A DNA stretch of 53,499 nt, from the IMG/VR virus record IMGVR_UViG_3300001041_000004, positions 1 through 53,499 of that record. One strand, written 5' to 3'. Shown here in pieces: positions 18,415-27,513 of the stretch (positions are counted from its first letter, which is position 1; every line of letters starts with the position of its first letter). The stretch comes from a virus (lineage: Duplodnaviria; Caudoviricetes). A program made the position numbers and the translations under genes. Under the pieces are notes generated by a model. It was given only the letters and a program-made list of their open reading frames with translations. It had not been told where the DNA came from and did no database searches.

Positions 18415-20523
18415 CTATCTGATTGGACACTGACCACCCTCACAACCGTCTGCACCATCCAACGAAGTTTCATCAAGTCCATCTCGTTCTAATTGTCTAA
18501 GCAATTCCAAGTCAAATGGTTTCATTTTGGCAACTAAAGCATTGTATGCTTCTTCAGTAATGTCTTCATAGGGTGCTAATTTGTACCCTCCACCATCGTA
18601 AGGCATAAAAGAGACACCAATGAAGTTATCCCAATTATTCCAAATCACCTCTTCTACAGCATCCCACTCATCCTCTTTCACTGATATGGTATTGCTTGAA
18701 TTGTGTGCTGTGTACTCTTCTTGAAACTTGAAGTACGTCTCAAGTTGTTCTACAGCTGTCTGACGGGGTCTAGAAGGTGTTGAAACACAATTGATGGGGA
18801 AATCTATCACTAATGTGTTTGCATTGCTTAGACGCTCTTGTAGTGTCTCTCCTGAGGTATTGTTCTCAGGATGAATTGTCCAATTAAGAAGAATGGCTAC
18901 TTTAGCCAGTGGATCACTAGCGTTAATACGGATACGCCTTATATGCCATGTGTTACGTCCATCGTGAAGTCCATTACTTACACCGTTAGCAACTTGTGAT
19001 AATGTCCCTTCAGGTTTAATGGTGGTGTCAAGAAGAGGTGTAGGAATCCGTAATATATAACTGTACTTGATACACGTTTCCTCTACAATTTCTCTTAATA
19101 GATTTCGTAGATTCGATTCTTGATCCTCATCATAATCTAGTGCATTCATTGCATCACGCCAACCGGTCATAGAACAACCAATGAGACGGTCACGTTTTTG
19201 TACCTTATCCCAATGAGGTAGTTCTAGGTCAAGACAGGTCATTCGTATTCCTGCACGTGCTGATAGAGCCTGAGCTTGCATTAACCCTTGGTAATCAAGT
19301 TGACCATCCACAACAAAACCCATAATGTTAACAGTGGTGAGATTACATACTCCATAACTATCCAAAAGAACTTCTCCACAAGGGTTAACACCTTTTGCAT
19401 TAGGTCGTCTCTTTCTAGCCGCTTCCATATTAACAAAGGCCGGTTCACCTGTTGTACGCATCATCTCAAAGATGTTGTGTAAATACTCACGTGTTGGTTT
19501 AGTGTTAAATGCAATGGAGTTATTACTCATACACCTGTGAGAGATGGAAGGATTTGTGTTGATGTGTTGTTTAGCAGCAATACATTCCTCGTCATCCTCA
19601 TCACAAAGGAACATCAAGGCTGTTCTGCGTACTCCACCTACAACAACGTTATTACCAATGAGAGTACCCATATCCAAAATATGGATAGGCCGAACATGAT
19701 TATCCACCATGGGTCGCAAGGTTTCATCAAGTGTGTTTTTAAGGACTTTTTCAAATCCTTCAAACATTGATTGAAGTGATGTGTGTCCACTGGCTGTCCC
19801 TCCAAACGTTACAAGTCGTTCACCTTTAGGTCGGATTGAATTGTAACTTATCTTGATGTGTTTAATAGATGCGAAGTGATCTTCCGTAAGAATGCGTAAA
19901 AACATCTTGAGTGCCGTTACCCAACCTTCTTTTGAATCACCAATATAAATCTTGGCATAACCATTACCTAAGTCATTCAGACTTGTGTGTTCTAATCGTT
20001 CTTTCTTAGGTAATGGTTCGTAGACTGAATGTGTGAGTTCAAAATCTGTTCGTATCGGTGGTAGTTTGGCAATGGCTTCTTTACTTCCTTTAAATCCATC
20101 ACCTGTACCAATGAGGAGTAGGTAGAACAAGTCGCACAAATCATCCCAACAAGTAACGTCAATAAAAGCACAATTGAAATTAGAAAGAGGGAATTTATCA
20201 GCAACACCTGATTCTGCACCTCCTACCCAATGTGTTCTTCCTGAAAGGAATTGTCTAAGGTTAAAGATGTTGTCAAAGAGTATTTCTGCTTCCTTGATGA
20301 TCGAGTCAATGGGTGGTGGAAAATTGTTACGCTTGAATTGTAACAAGGTAATACCCACATTGTATTCCACAGCACGTGTAATAGCTTCCTTAAAGGTTTC
20401 CCTTCTCTTTTGATCTGGAAGCCACCTTGAGTACGTTCTGTGGAAGACAAAGGATGCTAGTGCATTCATGTGTTCTGGCATATCAGGATAATTGGATAAG
20501 AAGTCTGTGCTTAATAGAGTCAA
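18415..20523 (-). CDS. nrdJ: Class II (adenosylcobalamin-dependent) ribonucleoside-triphosphate reductase
   Basis: RTYSR, NCAF, DSKEGW, VVVGGVRR, NPCGE, CNL, TIKPEGT and C-terminal CEGGQCPIR. Confidence 0.93.
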   Translation of the reverse strand: MTLLSTDFLSNYPDMPEHMNALASFVFHRTYSRWLPDQKRRETFKEAITRAVEYNVGITLLQFKRNNFPPPIDSIIKEAEILFDNIFNLRQFLSGRTHWVGGAESGVADKFPLSNFNCAFIDVTCWDDLCDLFYLLLIGTGDGFKGSKEAIAKLPPIRTDFELTHSVYEPLPKKERLEHTSLNDLGNGYAKIYIGDSKEGWVTALKMFLRILTEDHFASIKHIKISYNSIRPKGERLVTFGGTASGHTSLQSMFEGFEKVLKNTLDETLRPMVDNHVRPIHILDMGTLIGNNVVVGGVRRTALMFLCDEDDEECIAAKQHINTNPSISHRCMSNNSIAFNTKPTREYLHNIFEMMRTTGEPAFVNMEAARKRRPNAKGVNPCGEVLLDSYGVCNLTTVNIMGFVVDGQLDYQGLMQAQALSARAGIRMTCLDLELPHWDKVQKRDRLIGCSMTGWRDAMNALDYDEDQESNLRNLLREIVEETCIKYSYILRIPTPLLDTTIKPEGTLSQVANGVSNGLHDGRNTWHIRRIRINASDPLAKVAILLNWTIHPENNTSGETLQERLSNANTLVIDFPINCVSTPSRPRQTAVEQLETYFKFQEEYTAHNSSNTISVKEDEWDAVEEVIWNNWDNFIGVSFMPYDGGGYKLAPYEDITEEAYNALVAKMKPFDLELLRQLERDGLDETSLDGADGCEGGQCPIR

Positions 20524-20536
20524 TGAGTCTCCTCCT

Positions 20537-20863
20537 CTAATTGCACTCCTCCAATATCTGTTTGATTTGGTCTTTGTGGATTGAAATATGGAAAAGTATT
20601 ATATTGTTTCCATTTCTAATAATGAGTCTGTGTTCATTATCATAGAGATAAGCATAATTTACAGTGATTACTTTTGTTGAACGTTTAATCATTTTACATT
20701 GAAGCAATAAATCACGCATTCGATTGTTGTCAAAGTACTTAGCAATGATTAACATATCCATTAATCCGCTGACAAATTGTTTCCCAAATGTTTGAACGAT
20801 GGTTGAGGTCATTGTGAAGACCTCCTCTCTAGTTGAACTGCTTCCATGCTTGGATGTCTGCAC
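20537..20863 (-). CDS. Hypothetical protein
   Basis: ORF in operon; GAGAGGAGG precedes the internal Met (MTSTIV). Confidence 0.55.
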   Translation of the reverse strand: MQTSKHGSSSTREEVFTMTSTIVQTFGKQFVSGLMDMLIIAKYFDNNRMRDLLLQCKMIKRSTKVITVNYAYLYDNEHRLIIRNGNNIILFHISIHKDQIKQILEECN

Positions 20864-21812
20864 CCTTACATACGCCTAAATCTTGAAGGTGACACAGTTT
20901 ACATGTGAAGTACATTCCTTTGATGTTGTTTGGAATGTTAAAGTTTCCTCGTTTGATGTGTGAAAATAAGCTTTGTACTTCTCGTATAGCATCGGTGATG
21001 TTGATGTAGTACTCACGTTTACCGACAGTACAAACATATTCATCGTTGTTAGTACGTGTGAAGATGCGAGTCTTATTCTCATCAAGGTAATGAAAGGTGA
21101 ATTTACGAATTGGTATGCCATACTTTTCACGTACTCCATGAATATAAAGAGGTGCTTGCAAATCAGTGGAAATCTTTTGTCCAACCATAACCTTGCCTGT
21201 TTTCCAATCAAGCATTTCTAACTCGCCATCAATTAAATCAATTCTATCAGATGTTGTTTGTACCAATGGTAATCCTTCACCAATAGAGAATTGAATAGTC
21301 TCTTCAGTAGCAAATGGTTTTTGAGGCAAACCAGCTAGAACATTATAGAAGTTAACAATGGAGTTGAGTCCCTTATGATCCATTTTGTCTTGCTTAATGT
21401 CCCACGGCACATCATACAGTGTTGAATCGTATCCATTGATGAGTGTTCCAAAATCTATAAGCATGTTGCGTTGAACATATCCTTTGTCTTGACAGGCTTT
21501 ATCAAATAATGTGTGTAAATCAATACCCATTTGAGAGTAGATGTTTTTAGGTGATTCCATACCTAAGATGATTTCATTGTAAAACTTAAAAGGACAAGCT
21601 TTATACAGTTCGATGTAAGACCTTCGTATAACAGATGGTACTTCAAACTGTAGTGTAGGTGCCTCTTCTGTCTTTGTAATGTAACACCCATCACAGAAGG
21701 AGGCACCATCGTTGATGGCACACTCCTTATGAAGTGGTTGATTGCATGTTACACATTGTACAGTACTATGCCCATCGGCAATTGGTTGATCACAGTTTTT
21801 GCAATAAGCCAT
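20829..21812 (-). CDS. PD-(D/E)XK (Cas4/RecB-like) nuclease with N-terminal C4HC3 zinc finger
   Basis: CP.KF, G...H, 'DRID..LDWKTG', Q...Y and C-terminal CxxC...C; N-terminal C-x2-C-x12-C-x2-C-x4-H-x2-C-x8-C-x2-C. Confidence 0.85.
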   Translation of the reverse strand: MAYCKNCDQPIADGHSTVQCVTCNQPLHKECAINDGASFCDGCYITKTEEAPTLQFEVPSVIRRSYIELYKACPFKFYNEIILGMESPKNIYSQMGIDLHTLFDKACQDKGYVQRNMLIDFGTLINGYDSTLYDVPWDIKQDKMDHKGLNSIVNFYNVLAGLPQKPFATEETIQFSIGEGLPLVQTTSDRIDLIDGELEMLDWKTGKVMVGQKISTDLQAPLYIHGVREKYGIPIRKFTFHYLDENKTRIFTRTNNDEYVCTVGKREYYINITDAIREVQSLFSHIKRGNFNIPNNIKGMYFTCKLCHLQDLGVCKGADIQAWKQFN

Positions 21813-21815
21813 AGG

Positions 21816-21980
21816 TTAAACTTCTTCAGTAGGTTTTGGTTCTTTGGTTGATGTTCCACCATTAGCAATGATGAGATTTTTAGCAACCTCTAAAACACCA
21901 ATTGCAAGGAAGGTTTGCATTTTTGGATCAACATCCACACTTAATGATCCATCGTCTCCAATGGTAAGTTTTATTTCCAT
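21816..21980 (-). CDS. Hypothetical protein (54 aa, not in ORF track)
   Basis: GAGGAGG RBS; MEIKLTIGDDGSLSVDVDPKMQTFLAIGVLEVAKNLII... fills the gap between neighbours. Confidence 0.6.
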   Translation of the reverse strand: MEIKLTIGDDGSLSVDVDPKMQTFLAIGVLEVAKNLIIANGGTSTKEPKPTEEV

Positions 21981-22543
21981 TGGTTAATTCCTCCTCTGTA
22001 TTTTTCTAATGCTTCTTGATATTCAGGTGTTAAATGATATCCACAAGACTTGTATTCATAACACCATCCGCGATAAATACAATCTGGAACACACACATCG
22101 AAGAGTTCACGTTCATGGGCTGTTGTTAAGATATGAGCTAATACGTGTTTCCAAGCATCACGTGTTTCATCACTTGCTTGAGCACACAAGCGTTTACGTG
22201 AAATGTAAATGATAGATTGTGGTGTACCATCACACTCATGATCAACAAGTGCTCCTTGAGGGATAAGATTACGGTTATCACCAGTGCGGTCTGTACGTTG
22301 AGTCTTGACATAATGTTCTATGCCGTATTTGTGACGTACAAAATGAGTGCTAATCCAATACATTAACCCTGTCCACTTCCAACTGATGTGGAGACGACGT
22401 ATAGGGGAATGTTCAGAAAGTAGCATCCGTCTCTTCCAACTAGATGAGACTATTCCAAATCCTGCTTCTTCACCAATCGTAGTACGTGCAGAGTTTGCAA
22501 CATCACGCCACGTACCTAAGACTTTAAGAAATTCTACTCTCAT
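21971..22543 (-). CDS. thyX: ThyX-like flavin-dependent thymidylate synthase (divergent)
   Basis: HSP, 'HFVRHK..TQR', 'RKRLCAQAS.ETR', 'VPDCIYRGWCYE..CG'. Confidence 0.7.
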   Translation of the reverse strand: MRVEFLKVLGTWRDVANSARTTIGEEAGFGIVSSSWKRRMLLSEHSPIRRLHISWKWTGLMYWISTHFVRHKYGIEHYVKTQRTDRTGDNRNLIPQGALVDHECDGTPQSIIYISRKRLCAQASDETRDAWKHVLAHILTTAHERELFDVCVPDCIYRGWCYEYKSCGYHLTPEYQEALEKYRGGINQWK

Positions 22544-22767
22544 AGGCAGAACTCCTTGAGTTTAGAAATCATACCTGAGTTAGATTCAATGGTTGATTTT
22601 GCACTAGCAATTTGTGATGTGCGTCTGGCAATAACAAGTTCTGCATCATCAATCACATCAACTAAAATACTATTGGATCGTTGTAACTCATCAATGGTTG
22701 ATGTGAAGACATTGATTGCCTTATTAGCAATACCTTGTGCTTTTTCTAGGTTTGGTTTAAAGAACAT
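22540..22767 (-). CDS. Small coiled-coil hypothetical protein
   Basis: Purine-rich RBS; ATGA overlap with the thyX-like gene. Confidence 0.6.
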   Translation of the reverse strand: MFFKPNLEKAQGIANKAINVFTSTIDELQRSNSILVDVIDDAELVIARRTSQIASAKSTIESNSGMISKLKEFCL

Positions 22768-22784
22768 CTATTTTCCCTTCCTCT

Positions 22785-25700
22785 CTACGTTAATATCTCA
22801 ATCTCATTCAGGATGATCGCATCACCGCTACGTCGTCCCTTTACTAAGATGAGGTTTCCAATATCCATTAAAGCTTGAACTTTATGGTTCCTCCAAGTAC
22901 TAGCAAAGACAAGGATTTTGACGTTTCCAAAGAGGGTGTTGATGAAAACAAAGGCCATATCTTTTTTGTTTTTATCTTGGAAGATTCGTACATCGTAAAT
23001 TTCACCTCCTTGTAAACAATTTTCCCCATCTTTAAAATCAGAGAGTGGTTTAAAACCGTACTTTTCCATGGGGTGAGTTGATAAATACATTCCAAGCACT
23101 TCCATTTCCCACTTGGCTTTGACTTGATCATTCCAAGTGTACGTAGGACATTGGTGGTTTTGCTTGATTTGTGTTTTGGTACGGTTTTCCATATCTACTT
23201 GCCATAATAATTCGGCACGATTTGGATTGTCAAAGTCGAAACAACCTGCTTTAACGAGATTAACGATCACATTGTTTCTTATGTGTCGTTTTTCACGTCG
23301 TTTAACAAAATCTTCAAAGTTTTCAATTGGTCTGAGGTTAAGGATTGAATGAATTGCAGAATCACCAACATGTTTGATGGTTGTGATGCGGTAGTTAATA
23401 CCTTGATCTGTGACTGTAAAAGATTCTCCTGATCGATTAATGTCAGGAGGTAACGTCTTAATTCCTCTTGCTTTTGTTTCCACAAGGTATCCTGAGATTT
23501 CACTTTGACCATCTCCATCTGTTTTTGCTGAAGACATAAGACTTGCATAAAAGTGTGCTGGATAATACGTTTTTAACCATGCGGTTTGATACGAGATGAC
23601 AGCATACGATGCACTATGACTCTTGTTGAAAGAGTAACCACCGTCCACAGCATCCATGATCTCATTCCAAATAGAAATGGCAACTTCTTTGTCATATGAT
23701 CTTTCGTGAGAGTCATATATGAATTTATTGCCCAAATCTGTATCTTCTCTGATGTGCTTATTTTTTCTGACGTGCTTATCCGCATACGCAATATCCCACC
23801 CTGCAAATGTTTTACAGTCTAATAAAAATTGTTCCTGATAGGTCATCGTACCTACAGTTTCCTGCATGTACGGTAATCGGTTAGGATGGGTTTGCCATTC
23901 TTTACCCTTACGACGTGCAATGTATTCTTGCCAATCACCCACGCCCGGTCTGATGATGGCATTGATTGCAATGAGGTCACGGAAGTTCCGTGGTTGTTGT
24001 TCAATGATCTTAGAAGCTTGAGCTGATAATTGAAAAACACCGGACACGTCTCCTCGACAGAGCATGTCATACACTTGTGTATCTTCCATGTCGATGATGT
24101 GCAGGTCAATGACTTCACCTGTACTTTCAAAGATAGAATCTAAGCAACGTTTAATAATGGGTAAGGTTTCAAGACCAAGTATATCAAACTTAAAGTGTCC
24201 CAATTCTTCAAGCATATATTTATCAAATGCCACGATACGCTTTGTACGGTCTTCTCCACGTGTCTTAACAGGTAAGTGGGAGGATAACCCCTTACAGATG
24301 ATTACGCCCCCTGCGTGCTGACTCTCATGGCTTACAACACCTTCTAGGCGTTCAATAATGTTAAACTCTTTAGGGTATTGCTTAATGAAGTCCAATAACA
24401 TAGGTGAAGCTTTACATGCGTCGTCAAGGGAATGACACAAATCAGGAATAAGTTTACTGATGGAGTTGATGAGTGATACTTCATGTCCAAAACAACTAAA
24501 CACCTTACGGCAGACGGCTTTAGGTGTCATGGTTCCAAAAGCAATGATACGTGCCACATTCTCTTCACCATACTTTTGCTGTAAATCAAGGAAGACAGCA
24601 TCTTGATCTGAGAAGTCTACATCAAAATCAGGCTCCCGACCATCAGCAAGAAAACGTTCAAACAACAAATCATATTTGTGAGGTGGGATTTTGGTTATTC
24701 CTGTAAGCCAAGCGACCTTGCTACCTGCACCTGAACCACGCCCATCACCGACAATGTTCCCACGCTGACGAGCCGTATTAACAAAATCACTGACGATAAG
24801 AAAATAACCTGAGTACCCATTACGATCAATAACATCGACTTCATTTTGTACATCCCTCAAAAAATTATTTTCAGTAATTTTTTCTCTAGAGATTCCATTT
24901 TTTACCTGTTTAACTAATAACGTTCTGGGTGTTTCACCTTCAGGAATGTCATAGTATTCAGGTAACCAATTTCCCTTAGTAAGACGTGCAGTACACTTAT
25001 CCACAATCTCTGTTGTGTTTAATAAGCATTGACGTTTTTCCACATCAGTAAGACCATGAAGTGTATCAAACATTTCTTCTTCTGATTTGAGCCAGAAGTC
25101 TTGAGTGCTAAAACTGAATCGTTTTGGATCAGACATTTTCTTGTTCACTTGAAGTGCAAGGAGTACTTCATGAGGGTAGGAGTCAGATTCAAGTGTATAG
25201 TGAACATCATTAGTGGCAATCACTTTAATACCTAACTGCTTCGCAATCCTCATAGTCTCTTTATTCACCATGGCTTGCACATCAATAGAATTAGCTTGAA
25301 CTTCAAGGTAGAAATCATCACCAAATTCATGTTTGAATTTACCTGCCCATTGTAATGCTTCAACAAATTGTGCATTCATAAGATATTGAGAGAAAGTCGA
25401 TGCAAGACAAGCAGAGGATACAATAAGTCCCTCTTTATGTTTTAGGAGGGCTTCCCAATTAATACGAGGCTTCTTATAGAAGTTGTGAACATAGGCGTAC
25501 TCTTGAAGTTTGAAAAGGTTTTCAAGTCCTACATCATTTTTAGCTAAGACGATGAGATGACCATTCTCATCGTCGTTTTCACGTTCCCAATAAAATTCTG
25601 AACCATGAATGATTTTAACTCCAATTTCATCACCGATTTTTTGTGATTCCCACAAACCAGAAGTACTTCCATGATCGGTGATGCCGATTGCTTCTTGTCC

Positions 25701-25799
25701 TAATGATTTAGCACGAAGAAGTAATTCTCGAATTTTGCTCATTCCGTCAAGTATTGAATAAGTTGTGTGGCAATGTAGGTGAACGAACTTTGAACACAT
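22785..25799 (-). CDS. dnaE: DNA polymerase III alpha subunit (family C)
   Basis: PHP domain HLHCHT..SILDG, TDHG, ATNDVHY; GRGSGAGS; PDFDVD catalytic motif; HAGGV; KFDILGL; YSFNKSH; C-terminal OB fold. Confidence 0.97.
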   Translation of the reverse strand: MCSKFVHLHCHTTYSILDGMSKIRELLLRAKSLGQEAIGITDHGSTSGLWESQKIGDEIGVKIIHGSEFYWERENDDENGHLIVLAKNDVGLENLFKLQEYAYVHNFYKKPRINWEALLKHKEGLIVSSACLASTFSQYLMNAQFVEALQWAGKFKHEFGDDFYLEVQANSIDVQAMVNKETMRIAKQLGIKVIATNDVHYTLESDSYPHEVLLALQVNKKMSDPKRFSFSTQDFWLKSEEEMFDTLHGLTDVEKRQCLLNTTEIVDKCTARLTKGNWLPEYYDIPEGETPRTLLVKQVKNGISREKITENNFLRDVQNEVDVIDRNGYSGYFLIVSDFVNTARQRGNIVGDGRGSGAGSKVAWLTGITKIPPHKYDLLFERFLADGREPDFDVDFSDQDAVFLDLQQKYGEENVARIIAFGTMTPKAVCRKVFSCFGHEVSLINSISKLIPDLCHSLDDACKASPMLLDFIKQYPKEFNIIERLEGVVSHESQHAGGVIICKGLSSHLPVKTRGEDRTKRIVAFDKYMLEELGHFKFDILGLETLPIIKRCLDSIFESTGEVIDLHIIDMEDTQVYDMLCRGDVSGVFQLSAQASKIIEQQPRNFRDLIAINAIIRPGVGDWQEYIARRKGKEWQTHPNRLPYMQETVGTMTYQEQFLLDCKTFAGWDIAYADKHVRKNKHIREDTDLGNKFIYDSHERSYDKEVAISIWNEIMDAVDGGYSFNKSHSASYAVISYQTAWLKTYYPAHFYASLMSSAKTDGDGQSEISGYLVETKARGIKTLPPDINRSGESFTVTDQGINYRITTIKHVGDSAIHSILNLRPIENFEDFVKRREKRHIRNNVIVNLVKAGCFDFDNPNRAELLWQVDMENRTKTQIKQNHQCPTYTWNDQVKAKWEMEVLGMYLSTHPMEKYGFKPLSDFKDGENCLQGGEIYDVRIFQDKNKKDMAFVFINTLFGNVKILVFASTWRNHKVQALMDIGNLILVKGRRSGDAIILNEIEILT

Positions 25800-25809
25800 A
25801 GGATTCCTC

Positions 25810-26031
25810 CTAATCTAGCCGCAAGGATGTTTCTTTATGCTCAATAGCATAGTCAATGGCATTCTTGATGAGTTCCACTTCTTGCTTGTCGTTGGATTCT
25901 TTAACGATCATGGTTTTACCATTAGGACGTGTTGCCCAAAGTTGGTGCATGTTGCTATCTTTAATGCTGGTACAGATATTGCACCCAACAATGACATCAG
26001 ATGTGTCTGTGTTTCTAATCAACCAAAGCAT
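25810..26031 (-). CDS. Hypothetical protein
   Basis: AAGGGAG RBS; fills the gap in the operon. Confidence 0.6.
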   Translation of the reverse strand: MLWLIRNTDTSDVIVGCNICTSIKDSNMHQLWATRPNGKTMIVKESNDKQEVELIKNAIDYAIEHKETSLRLD

Positions 26032-26035
26032 TGTG

Positions 26036-26524
26036 TCATTCTCCCTTCTGTTGTCTTAGTTTGCTTACAAGGGTTAAGATGCAGTAACCAGCTATATCCA
26101 TATAGACGTCTTCAATTGGTTCCTTCACTTCCATTGTAAGCCCTTGTGATAGGGTTTTAAGCCTTCCTACTTTATCGGTAAGGCGAATACATGTCCCCAT
26201 GTCTCCAAACGTCTTGTAGGTATCAAAGAAGCTATCTCCATAGTCATGGTTCTTCTTAGATAATACCTCTGCAATATCAGTGGCTACTTGATGAAATAGG
26301 TTATTCTTTTCATCTTGAGTTTTAATGTGTTTTACAAACTCTGTGATATGCGGTGGTGATACAATAGGTCGCCACTCTTTCCAATGGTTTATAGCATGAC
26401 AATTCGTCATAGGGCACAGAAACCCTGTGTACCCTCTACCAAGTCCACACGTACTACATTCTCTTTCTGTGTGCATACCTTCCACATAACTCCTCCCTTT
26501 CAATAGACTCTGGGTCTTCACCAT
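26036..26524 (-). CDS. Nucleotide-modification-associated domain protein (DUF1599/Nmad1-like) with Cys-rich N-terminus
   Basis: KKNHDYGDSF, IRLTDKVGRL, 'EDVYMDIAGYCIL' motifs; the real start is probably downstream of the listed one. Confidence 0.75.
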   Translation of the reverse strand: MVKTQSLLKGRSYVEGMHTERECSTCGLGRGYTGFLCPMTNCHAINHWKEWRPIVSPPHITEFVKHIKTQDEKNNLFHQVATDIAEVLSKKNHDYGDSFFDTYKTFGDMGTCIRLTDKVGRLKTLSQGLTMEVKEPIEDVYMDIAGYCILTLVSKLRQQKGE

Positions 26525-27431
26525 CCTTCAAAGACACAACAGATAAGTTTGCCTTATTCTTAAACATGGCAATGGCTTTATCTGTAGCAAGTTGTCCTGC
26601 TTCATCCCCATCAAAACTAAATACAAGGTCTGCTCCTGTCTTTAGTAGGAGTTTGTATTGTTCATGAGTGATGTGTGCTCCAAAAGTGGCTACTGCTGTA
26701 ACACCTATCTCGTAGTAAGCCCATACATCAGTAATACCTTCTACAACTACAACAACGCATTCACCATTACAAGCATCATAATTGTAAAGAAGGTTACTTG
26801 TGTTGATGTGAGCTGGTTGGTGTGACCACTTTGGTACATCGGTGTTTTTAACTCGACGAAACGATAAACCAACCTGTATACCGTTGAATAAAATGGGAAA
26901 GACTAAACGGTGAGACAACGTGTAAGGTTCCCCCGTCCTCCTCTTTAAGCCAACACGCTCAACATAACCTAAGTCAAAAGTCCTTAACGTTGTCTCATTA
27001 AATTTACGAAATTTGGTAACAGGACGTATTTCCTCATCAATAAAATAAGGTATGAGTTCAAGGGTTTTACGTTTTTGCATAGCTTTAAGGAATTTATCAT
27101 TGTCTTTAAGATATGATGGTTTGTGTTCTACAATGGTAAGTCCATCAATACTGATTCCAAAAAAGGATGCAAGCCACTGTACTGTTTCTTCCCACTCTAA
27201 TTTTTCAAAGTGACGTACTAACGTGAAAACATCCCCACCACCACAATTACCTGTGTGACAAAACCACAATCCATTGTCGCGGTTAATGGCAAAGCCAGTA
27301 GGATTTGATCCGCCATGTAATTTACAGGCTGATCTGATAATAGTGCTGTCAGTAGACGACACATCAAATTGGTAATGATTCAGTAGCTTATCAATATCTA
27401 GATGTTCGTTAATCTTACTGACAGCATCCAT
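26454..27431 (-). CDS. dnaG: DNA primase (zinc finger + TOPRIM)
   Basis: CKLH...CHTGNC zinc finger; VVEGITD; FDGDEAG; EDP. Confidence 0.93.
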   Translation of the reverse strand: MDAVSKINEHLDIDKLLNHYQFDVSSTDSTIIRSACKLHGGSNPTGFAINRDNGLWFCHTGNCGGGDVFTLVRHFEKLEWEETVQWLASFFGISIDGLTIVEHKPSYLKDNDKFLKAMQKRKTLELIPYFIDEEIRPVTKFRKFNETTLRTFDLGYVERVGLKRRTGEPYTLSHRLVFPILFNGIQVGLSFRRVKNTDVPKWSHQPAHINTSNLLYNYDACNGECVVVVVEGITDVWAYYEIGVTAVATFGAHITHEQYKLLLKTGADLVFSFDGDEAGQLATDKAIAMFKNKANLSVVSLKDGEDPESIEREELCGRYAHRKRM

Positions 27432-27444
27432 TAATTAATCCTCC

Positions 27445-27513
27445 TTAAAAACTAAAACAAAATGCAAAGACAACTACTACGACAATTACTAACGTAACTA
27501 TCAATATTTCCAT
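27445..27513 (-). CDS. 22-aa hydrophobic micro-peptide
   Basis: ATG overlaps the dnaB stop (TAATG) with GAGGTG upstream; MEILIVTLVIVVVVVFAFCFSF. Confidence 0.4.
   Translation of the reverse strand: MEILIVTLVIVVVVVFAFCFSF

Noticed and set aside
20829-21812. Cas4 as part of a CRISPR system
   Set aside because: No other cas genes or array; stand-alone PD-(D/E)XK nucleases are common in phage replication modules
18415-25799. Introns or inteins in the RNR or DnaE genes
   Set aside because: Both ORFs are uninterrupted, of ordinary length, and show no intein C/HN boundary motifs
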